Origin: Mantamonas sphyraenae STR306
Lineage: Eukaryota; Protista; CRuMs
Direction: 5' to 3'
DNA length: 64,000 nt
NCBI GenBank assembly: GCA_026936335.1
Contig: JAPMXV010000003.1
Coordinates: 186,001 to 250,000 of the forward strand
Shown here: piece after piece, positions 54,933-64,000 of the stretch
How the letters are laid out: each line of letters starts with the position of its first letter
Numbering within the stretch: position 1 is the stretch's first letter
The notes under the pieces: model-generated
The model's input: only the letters and a program-made list of their open reading frames with translations
The model's database searches: none
Told to the model about the DNA's origin: nothing
Made by a program: the position numbers and the translations under genes

Positions 54933-55935
54933 TCACGAGAGCAGGGCCTGGGCATCGATGGCGCCGGGGGCCCAGGCGGTGTTGGCGTAGATGTGCTGAC
55001 GGCCAAGGAGACCCTTGACCTGAGAAAACTCTTCGTACGAGAGGCGCTGCGGGGCGTTGATGCCGTAGGCGCCGTTGGAAGTGAAGCGAACGCGAGGATC
55101 GACCGAGTTGGGCATGCCTGTGGCGTCGCTGACGGCCTTGAAGAGGGCCTTGACGGCCGAGGTGATGGTGGGGTCGCGTGCAGTAAAGGGACTGGTCGCC
55201 TTGGCGCCCACCACAACGGTGATCACATTCCACGAGTTGCCAGCACTGAGGTGGTTGCCGGCCTTGTTCATGGGAAGGAACTGGGTGAGACGGAGCTTGC
55301 CCGTGTTGTCGCGGGCGAGCAAAAAGTGCGGGTAGCGCTTGCTGCTGGCCATCAGGCCCGTGGCCACCTCATAGTCACCGTTGCTGGGCCACTTTCCATC
55401 CAGGGTGTCGATGCAAAACTTGTTTGCGGCGCCGGCAAATGTGTGGAAGCTGGCGGAGACATGAGTGACGTCCTGTCGCTCCACAGGGATGGCACCGGCC
55501 GAGTTGATCCAAAAGGCGGTGCTCTGGGTGGGTGGTGTCGGTGTGCCTGGGGTGGTGCCCACAGTGGGTGCACACGGCGTCAGGTACGTGCTCTGGGTCC
55601 ATGCGTACGTGCCCGTGCGCGGGTCGGTGACCGCACGCACGCGGGTCCACGACGACGACGTCGACTGCTGCACAAAGGCTTCTGTCAGCTTCGCCGACCA
55701 GATCTTGGTGTAGTAGGTGCCTGGTCCGCTGCGCATGTTCAGGTTGTCCACGCTGGGGCACAGCATGTTCACCGTCTTCACGTACCCAGAGTGCACGTGG
55801 CCCTCCTCGCCCTTGTGCGGGCCTCCCAGCACCTGCACGCTGATCCATGAGCCCGTGACACTCTGCTTGATGAACACCGTGTCCGTGCTGGCGGTCCACA
55901 GCAGGCGGTAGCTCGTGTTTGCGGCGCAGCGCGAT
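54933..55935 (-). CDS. Bacterial-type SH3b domains plus N-acetylmuramoyl-L-alanine amidase-like domain (degenerate active site; 5' end not found)
   Basis: SH3b LNMRSGPGTYY...W...AWTQSTYL preceded by a partial second SH3b; P/T linker; amidase-like YPHF..TQFLP..AG..RLSYEEF..GLLGRQHI..PGAID. Confidence 0.7.
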
Positions 55936-55969
55936 GCGGAGCACACAAAAGACCGTCTGCTTCCACCCA

Positions 55970-57364
55970 ATGTCGCTGAACGAGCTGTATGATGAGGAGT
56001 TCCTCGAGAGGATGTAGGTGTCTACTGAAGAGTGTTGGAGTGGGGTCATCCAAAACTGCGTGCCCCGGTTGTGTAGGGGGAGGTTCGAATTCTTGACGCT
56101 AATCCGTTTCAATCACAGCAACCACGGCCGCACGCAGGCCAAGGCTGACAACGAACAGCCCATCTTTCTGATGGCGTGTGGTTCGTACAATCCGCCCACA
56201 ATGATCCACGTGCGCATGCTGGGTAGGTTTACTCCAAAGGCTGAAACGGGGGGGGGGCGGGGGTTTCTCGGGAGGGTTTGCGTTACGCCTTGAAAATCAC
56301 CACTGACCCGTTGGCGGGATGTCCATCGCAGCCACGGCACGTGACCATATCAACAAGCACGTGAGCGGCCACAGTGTCATCGGTGGATGCATCACTCCCG
56401 TGCATGTCAAGTACAACAAGCCTGTAGGTGGTGTTTGTGGGACCGCCGGTGTGATTCCCCTCAAACACTGACTCTGTGTGTGTGTGTCTGTGTACAACCT
56501 GCTCCCCCCCCTTTCCCCCCTCTCTCCCCCCTCTCTCTCTCAACTTCTCTCTGGTGTACAGGGCCTCATCTCCAACGAACACCGTCTGGAGCTGTGCCGT
56601 CGCGCGGTGGCCGACCTGGACTTTGTGCGGGTCAACCCGTGGGAAACCATGCAGGACGACTTTAGCAACACGGTGGAGTCTCTCATGCACATGTACAAGG
56701 CCCTCAACGAGGACAAGGAGCGCTACCCGGTGTCCCTGCGCTTTCTGTGCGGGTCGGATCTCCTGGCTTCGTTCAACACCCCCGGTTCCTGGTCAGAAGA
56801 GGATGTACGTTGTTGTTGTGTGGAGGGGTGAAACAAGAGCATGTGGGAAAAACACTGGTCTCAGAGCAATCCTCTCACATCATCTGATGGCGCGCGCGTG
56901 TGTGTGTGTGTGTGTGTTGCGCACAGCAAGAGACGATCTTTGGCACGCTGGGCGTGGTGGTGATTGAACGCCACGGCAGTGACACACAGGCAATCATTGA
57001 GGCCAACCCGATCATGAAGAAGTACCGATCGAACATCATCACGTTCCAGGACCCGATCAAGAACGACATGAGCTCGACGATGCTGCGTTCGTTGGTGTAC
57101 AACGACGAGAGCATCATGTTCCTCACGCCCACCCCTGTCATCCGGTACATCGAGGAACAGAACCTGTACAAGGACTTTGACCCAAAGGCATCCTCGGGAT
57201 TCACCTACAAGATCAAGTCTGACCGTGCGGGTGTCTCCAAGTCGGGCACAGGTCCCATGCTGGTGGCCGGTCTTTCGGCACTTGCCTGCCTGGCCTATGC
57301 CTTTGCCATGGGCACGGCCAACGATTCTTCTTCGTCGTCGTCTTCCTCCTCTTCCTCCTCGTGA
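55970..57364 (+). CDS. NMNAT: Nicotinamide/nicotinate mononucleotide adenylyltransferase (5 exons) with C-terminal hydrophobic helix
   Basis: ACGSYNPPTMIHVRM, TPVH..Y.K.GL....HR, WE, LCGSDLLASF..PG.W, NDMSSTMLR, VIRYI....LY. Confidence 0.92.
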
Positions 57365-57425
57365 TCATTGTGCGTGGTTGGCTGTGCTGGAAGCAACAAA
57401 AACCTTCTCCGTTTCGTCTCAGAAC

Positions 57426-59911
57426 ATGGCGGGTGGCGGTGGAAGCAGTGATGCGGCATCATCCTGTGGTCATCACGACTTTTCGTCGATTGACTTTAAC
57501 CAACAGGTGGTGAGCATGGGCTGGATGATTGAAGCCTTGATTCTGGTCTCCATCTTGTTCGAGTTTGGCACCCACCGGCTTGAAAAGGTCTGCGCATCCG
57601 TTTGCCTCCAGACGCCCCGCCCCTTTCTAGCGTCCACGTGCACTCACACCCATCTGTGCATCGGCACATGACACCACAGTGGCTCGAACACGAGTCTCGC
57701 GAGCACTACTTGCCCGTGTTGCACTCCGTTTACAAAGGTAGGTGGCCCTTTTCTTTCGCGTGGGATCCCCGAATTTTCCAATGGACATCTCGCTCACTCG
57801 CTCTCCCTGCGGCCGGCACACGCAGAGCTGATCATCCTCGGCATGATTTCCTTACTCCTCTTTGTCGAGCAGACCTTTGGCGGCATCGAGGTGTTCATCG
57901 GCAACATCGACAAGGTGTGTGGACGCGTGCAACGAAGTTTCCCGCGCGGGAGTGTTTGGGATTTCCGTTTTCTGGGGGCGCCTTGCCCCTCTTTTCCCCC
58001 TCGCGAAGCCTGCTGACACGCATTCTGCACACACCCACGCACCCACAGACCACATTTGAGTTTGTGCACCTCACGTTGTTCCTGTCCATGCTGCTGTACC
58101 TCGCGTTCACCGTGTTGGTGCTTGTCATCGCCCGCCGCACAACCGCAGCGTGGCAGCAGAACGAGGCCGACATGAACGACAAGGCCACCGAGGTGGAGGA
58201 GATCCGCTCGCGGTACTTGGATGACCTCAAGGCACAGTCCCAGATGGGCTTTCTGCAGCGAGCCATCCATCGCATCCGCAATCGACAGAACCACCTCGTG
58301 GATCTGTTCTACCTGCTCAAGGCTGTGTTTATGCGCCAGCACGAGCTGATGGAGCCGTTCCTGTTTGGGCCGTACATTTCGCTGTGCATCCAAGACATGC
58401 TGTCGTCGCTTGTGGAGGTGCATTGGTCTGTGTGGTTCTTCCTGTTTGTGCTGGTGCTGCTGAACAACCTGCGCAAGCTGCTGTCGCCTGACTCGTCGCT
58501 CACCTCCTCCGTGGGTGGCAACACCGCCTTTTTCCTCATTGTGGGCTACCTGCTCACACTTGGCGCTGTGGTGGTGTTTCTCAAGTGCAACGACATCCTC
58601 AAGGCGCTGGTGCAGAAGACCAAGGGCGAGCTGTTGGAGCAGGACGATAGCAAGCGCTCCTGCTTCTCCAGTGTGTGTCAATGCTGTGTCACGGACATCG
58701 ACGTGACCCACGACGGCAAGCCCAGCTTGGCGTCGGGTGCTTCAAAGGGCGTGGGCGAAGTCATCACCCGCGAGTGCATCAATGCCAACCAGCTCCACCG
58801 CATGTTTCTGTTTCCCCACGAGGTGCCGCGTGGAGACGGTCACCGCCTGATGCAGTCCATCACACGCATGCAGGTGCGCCACCAACGAAGCAGCACCGAA
58901 GGGGCCCAACATGCACACGGACCGCACGGACCCGGCGGTCCGTTGGACGAACACGACGACCTTGGACGTGATGATCTCTCTGTGACGAGCAGCGAGGACG
59001 AGGCAGAGGTGGAGTACGACGGCAGCGCGGAGATCGGTGCGGGTCTTGGATCGGCAGCGGTCACCACCGAAACCTCCACCGTCAGCCGAGCAGCACCCGA
59101 GGGCACTGTCATTTCCACCATTGCAGTGACAACGACATCCAACAGCAGCAGCAGCAGTAGCGGCAGTATCAACTCGGAGGCGTCGGCACGTGCAAAGTCG
59201 AGGTGGGGTGCCGTACGGGAACGAGTGCGCAAGGAGCCTGCGTCGCTGACTTCGTCGCAGAAGCAGCGACGCGAAACGTGGGGCTTCCTGTTGGACACGC
59301 TGAACACAGAAGGCAACGAGCGCGTGTTCATTCCAGATTTGGCAGTCCGCCACCTCCAGTACGCGTACTTGGAGGACGTCTGGACGTACCATCAAGATCC
59401 GCATGCCATGCGGGAGCGCCACGAATTCAACGTGGACGCAGACTTTGCCACGTGTGGCTCCACATGGTTGTCGCGCAATGTGTGTGTGTGGAACGGCCGT
59501 GCGCATCCTCAGGAGCGCCTGTTCTGGTTTGCCTCCCCTCGCACCATGCTTCGCATCATCCAATCCATTGTGCTCTTCACTGCCATCTACCTGGCCATCT
59601 ACATCAACTATTTCTCCGCCGTGTTCAACCAACAGGGCGGCACCACCGCTGTCGTGTTGCACATCCTCTGCCTGGTGCCCATCTTCTCCACCGTGATCAT
59701 CTTTCCGGCAAACATCCTCGGACTCTTCACCATGGTTTACTACGTGGGTTTCTTCACCCACGGCAAAAACCTCGACAAAGCCATTGCCATCAGCGTGCGC
59801 CACTTCCAAGGCATCGAAGACGACCACAACGACAACTGCTGCTCGGTGCTGTGTTGCACGGGCTCTCACCGCACAGGCAGCCATCACCCGTCCAGTGGTG
59901 CCAGCGTGTAG
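57426..59911 (+). CDS. MLO: MLO family membrane protein (4 exons)
   Basis: VSILFE...YKELIILGMISLLL, FVHLTLF, FLFGPYI...LVEVHWSVW, LFWFASPRTMLRIIQSIVL are characteristic MLO motifs. Confidence 0.85.
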
Positions 59912-60168
59912 GCAGCGCAAGCGCGCGCTGCAACGGAGAAATGTCGTCCGAGATTTGTTCCAGAATCCTCGCGCAAGAAACGGTCCGTTCAGCGTCCCTG
60001 CAGGCCGCACAAGGCAAGTACACAGCACTAGGGTCCAACGCATTCACAAGAACTCATTTGTCTTGGTGGATCTTCCCAAAACACATCTCAGACAGGCAAG
60101 TGAAGAGTGCACGGAGGAAATCGAACCGTTGCATTCATTTCCCGCGCGTGTGAACGTTGCACGCCCAT

Positions 60169-60546
60169 TTACACGGGGCTGACAGTGGACGGACCCTCGT
60201 GGGTGACGAATCCAGCAATGAGGTAGCAGATGGAGCCAATGATGAAGCAAGCACCGCCAATCCAGCCCACACCCGGGGTGAGGAAGCTGAAAATGCTGAG
60301 CACAATGTAGAGGATGCCGCGGTAGCCAAGGTGATCGAAGAACGTGAGGTACTTGTGGATGAACTCGAGAGGGATCTCCAGCGAGAAGTAGAAGAGGAGG
60401 ACCACGAGGGCCAGGATGGCCATGACGATCTGGCCTGAGATGAGGGCCAGGATGGCAAAGATGGCCGAGAGAATGCACGCAATCAGGATCAGAATGCGGC
60501 CGATCTTGGCCCAGGGCACAGATTTGCACGAGTCAGCAGCAGCCAT
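60169..60546 (-). CDS. Small COPI-associated/TVP15-like membrane protein
   Basis: 3-4 TM helices with LE...YLTFFDHLGYRGILYIVL. Confidence 0.7.
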   Translation of the reverse strand: MAAADSCKSVPWAKIGRILILIACILSAIFAILALISGQIVMAILALVVLLFYFSLEIPLEFIHKYLTFFDHLGYRGILYIVLSIFSFLTPGVGWIGGACFIIGSICYLIAGFVTHEGPSTVSPV

Positions 60547-60654
60547 TGTGTGATGGTGTGTCCTTTCGAGTTGACTTTGTTTTGGGATGGGTGTGCAGGG
60601 GCGGTGCTGCTTGCGCGTGGGCATCCAACCGTTTTGCAGCTCACCCTCGGGACC

Positions 60655-62471
60655 ATGTCGACCACATTCCGGGAAACCAATCCGCTGAACCGCAGCAACC
60701 GACTGGAGGAGCTGGAGGAGGATGCAGACACAGACACGAGCTCGCAGCAGGAGAACAACGAGGACAACGACTCGGAGGACAGGGACTGGGCAGGCGACAC
60801 GACCTCTGACGATGATTCGGCTTTGGTTGGATCCAGCTCGGGCACGGCTGCCGCTCTGCTGGCCAGCGAGGAGCTGTACGACCAGGACGGCAACCTGCTC
60901 AAGCATCGCATGTTCAAAACACGCTCCATGGACCAGGACGAGCTCAGTTTGCTTGACGGTGAGCTGGACTTTGGCTCAGACAATCTCAACAAGGCCGTGT
61001 ATGGACTCATCACGCAGCTGAAGCGCCGGTGCGTTTGTTTCCCCCATTGCAAAGAGAGAGGACGATGCGGCATTCCCCTCTCTCCTTCCACGCAGCCACA
61101 ACGCCTTTGAGTGTGTTTGCACTCCTTTGCTCGGCATGTGCTCACGCTGCACTGTTGCCCTCCCGTCCCCGTGCTCATGCACGTTCCCACAGCAAGGTGA
61201 CCGGCTCTTATGCCGCGGCCATGGAGACGGCCAAGATCCTGCGCATGATCGTCTCCGGGTCAAGGAACGACCTCCAGAGCGTGTTTGACAACATCCGCAC
61301 TGTCGGTCTTGTGCTGTCCAAGGCGGCACCATCCGGTACGTACATGATGCCGAGTCGTTTGCGTGGAGACGGGTTGCCATGGCACGCATGGGAGGCTTGG
61401 GTTCACCCTCTGACACCGACGACCGACCGACGCCACTTTCTCGGAAACCCTGCTGCTGCGTGGGCGCGCTGTGCCATGAACACGATGAATGCCACGGATG
61501 CACGCGGAACACAGAACTGGCCATTCCCAACATCACACGGAGGGTGATGAAAATGATCCGGGAACAGATTGAGGAGCTGACGATGGAGGAGGACGAGGAC
61601 AACAACACGTCGCTGCTGACAGACTTTATGGGCAGCGGAGACATGAGCGGGATGACGGACGACGGCAACGGGTCCAATCTGTTGCAGGGGGTGGACACAA
61701 GCACGGGAGGAGCGGCAAGTGCGTTGCTGGACGTGGTGTCGGGGGGTTCCAAGATGAAGCGCGATCTCAGCGGCGACCTGGTGAATCCCAAGATGAAGGA
61801 CATCAAACCCGTGCTGATCAAGGAGATTGGCAACATGATCGACGAGCTCAGCGACCTGTACACAGACATTGCCAAGCGTGCGCCGGAACACATCCACGCA
61901 AACGAGGTGGTGCTCACCTACGGACGCTCACGCACCGTGGAACACTTTTTCAAGCGGGTGGCGGAGAAGAAGCGCCACTTTGAGGTGATTGTGGTGGAGA
62001 GTGGACCCTCGAACCAGGGTCATCACATGGCGAAGAACCTGGCGGAAGCCGGGATTGACACCACCCTCATCACCGACGCCTCGGTGTTTGCCATCATGGC
62101 ACGGGTGAACAAGGTCATTGTGGGCACACACGCAGTCATGGCCAACGGAGGCTGCATCATGCACACGGGCGGCCACCTCATTGCCAGCGCCGCCAAGCAT
62201 TACTCGGTGCCCGTCGTCGTCTGCACGGGATTGTACAAACTCTCGCCTCAGTACCCGTACGACCAGGACTCGTTCAACGACCTCAGCTCCCCATTCAACA
62301 TCCTCAAGTTTGAGGATGCCTCCTTCCTGGAGGAGGTGCACGTCATCAACCCTGCCTTTGACTACGTCCCTCCCGAGCTCATTTCCCTCTTTATCGTGCC
62401 CAGCGGCGGCCACTCCCCCCTCCTACATTTACCGTCTCCTAGCAGACAACTATGACTTGGATGACATGTGA
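60655..62471 (+). CDS. EIF2B2: Translation initiation factor eIF2B subunit beta (3 exons; apparent 1-nt frameshift at ~62418)
   Basis: LKRR|KVTGSYAAAMETA, ELAIPNITRRV, EHIHANEVVLTYG.S.TV, FAIMARVNKVIVGTHAVMANGG, NPAFDYVPPELI, SYIYRLL. Confidence 0.93.
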
Positions 62472-62606
62472 GACAAGCAGTGGGCTGCGGGCAGCGGGAG
62501 GAATGGAAATGGAAGCGGCTTTTTCTTGATCACACTCCCTCGTGGCATGTGCGTCCCCCTCCCCCCCCCCCAAAAGAATACATACAAAGGGGGCAGGAGA
62601 AGCGTC

Positions 62607-62946
62607 TCATTGCATCCAATCTTCCTTGTTGACCTTGTACTGGCCGAAATACCACGGCGGACGTTCCTTGGGTTTCTTTTTGCCCACGCCGTGCTCCAAC
62701 CAGTACTCCTCCTGCCACAAGCAAGCAAGATTGTATGTGTGTGTACGTGTGTGTCAGTGCCTGTCGACTTGGTGTGTCCACACGCGGAGCAACAGCTCCA
62801 GGCCGAGGGTGAAAACCCACCAAGTCCAGCCGTTCCTTGCAAGTGGCGACCACCACTCCTGTGTACATTCCCAACGCGCTCATAAGCAACAGGCCTCCCA
62901 CTCGCAGTGGCTTTGGTCCAGCACCACCAGCCCCGGTGCCACTCAT
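62607..62946 (-). CDS. Small single-TM hypothetical protein (~76 aa, 2 exons)
   Basis: MSGTGAGGAGPKPLRVGGLLLMSALGMYTGVVVATCKERLDL|EEYWLEHGVGKKKPKERPPWYFGQYKVNKEDWMQ*, phase-0 GT-AG intron. Confidence 0.55.
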
Positions 62947-63140
62947 GTCCCCAGCGTGTCTGTGAGGTGTGTATTCGTTGTTTGATGTGGCTAGGACGGC
63001 GTCCCACATGCACAGGATGTGCACATGTGCAAAGGGGTGGGGTGGGAAGGGAGGGAGGGGCAGAGAAGGAGACAGAGGGGAGTTGGGTGTGCGTTTGGAC
63101 ACGTGGCTGCCGGGCTCAGCTGGATCCAGCAGAAAACCAA

Positions 63141-64000
63141 ATGTCATCGGCTCGCCGCACACGCTGGGCAGATGCACAGCTGGCTGTGCGTGGCCTGCGC
63201 AAGGTTCTGAATGCTGCCGTTCAACCACAAGTGTACAGAGAAGACACGCTTGTGCGCACGGCGGCCATGGCCTCGCGCAACGTGCGTCATGTGCCCACAG
63301 GGCCGTCCTCGGCAGAGATCACTCGCCAGGTTCGCGTCGAGCCCTACGACCCCACCGCCGACCTGGACCCAAGCTTCTTTCGCAGCGACTACACCCCACG
63401 TCCACTGGTGTTTGACCCTCCGTTGTCGTCGCAGCCTGAGCCCCAACCTGAGCCCCAGCCTGAGCCAGAGCCCCAGCCTGTGGCGACAAGTTCGCCGGAA
63501 AGCACCGACGGCCAAGTAAGGCAACAGGAGCCGCCGGAACAGGAACAGCCACAGGCTGAATCCCAACCCACAACCCCGCAGGTGGCACAGAATGAAGCCA
63601 TAACCGATGCCCAGAAGGGCGAATCGGCATCAAGTGTAAAGAGCCAGCGGAAATCGCAGGCAAAGCAAACCAAGGTGAGTGATTGCCGGCTTTCGTGCGC
63701 GAGAGACGCCCAGGTTGCTCACATGGGCGTGTGTGTGGTCCCCACCGTGTAGAAGAGAAAGGCAGGGCGTGCTGTCAAGGTGCCGTCGTCGCGCATGGAG
63801 CGTGTGTTTGAATTCGGAGGGTTGGCGGCTGGGTTGGCGACGGGCACGGTTTCCGAGTTCTTTCGGCGCACTTTCGCAGGACCCACGCAGAGGCCTCAAG
63901 GCACAGGGGCAGGGGAAGCGGAGGGAGGAGGAGCAGCGGAACATAGCGCACCTTCGTTGCAGGACTACCATCCTTTCTTCAACGAGGACAATGCAACGCG
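63141..64000 (+). CDS. COQ8: COQ8/ABC1 atypical kinase, 5' part (runs off window)
   Basis: After intron ~63674-63752: VKVPSSRMERVFEFGGLAAGLATGTVSEFFRR...FFNEDNATR, the conserved COQ8 segment preceding the kinase domain; Arg-rich presequence-like N-terminus. Confidence 0.82.

Noticed and set aside
20436-59911. Functional Ca2+/cilia gene cluster (PKD2, TTBK, EF-hand, ferlin, GPCR, MLO)
   Set aside because: The genes are interspersed with unrelated housekeeping genes and such families are common in flagellate genomes; no evidence beyond chance.
62411-62425. eIF2B-beta pseudogene or recoding site
   Set aside because: One extra C in a C6 run; removing it gives the conserved HSPSYIYRLL. An essential gene, so most likely an assembly error.
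62607-62946. EMRE/SMDT1 identity for the microprotein
   Set aside because: The TM segment is loosely similar but the diagnostic acidic C-terminal tail is missing.
1-64000. Alternative genetic code, CRISPR arrays, tRNA/rRNA, transposons or viral insertions
   Set aside because: TAA, TAG and TGA all end genes normally; no repeat-spacer array, structural RNA, transposase, reverse transcriptase or capsid motif was recognised.

Overview
Gene-dense eukaryotic DNA (about 33 genes in 64 kb) with GC-rich sequence, short GT-AG introns, the standard genetic code and intergenic spacers of mostly 30-250 bp. It most likely comes from a free-living flagellated protist (CFAP418 and a tau-tubulin kinase are present); the taxon cannot be named from sequence alone. 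Recognisable genes: TFIIB, a PRELI protein, two COPI-associated proteins, CFAP418, a hormone-sensitive-lipase-like enzyme, POP4, TTBK, rabenosyn/Pep7, ferlin, a cAMP-receptor-like GPCR, NMNAT, an MLO protein, eIF2B-beta and the start of COQ8. Most notable: (1) a PKD2-like channel carrying N-terminal ankyrin repeats, a ~750 aa coiled coil and a C-terminal GAS2/GAR microtubule-binding domain; (2) a bacterial/phage-type SH3b + amidase protein with substituted Zn ligands, a possible non-catalytic peptidoglycan sensor; (3) a Zn2Cys6-START fusion transcription factor; (4) an Nkp2/Cnl2-like kinetochore protein; (5) a tandem pair of orphan multipass membrane proteins sharing a probable gene-conversion tract. 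No rRNA, tRNA, CRISPR array or transposon was recognised. Gene models were spliced by eye and family calls are from motif recognition, not database searches.
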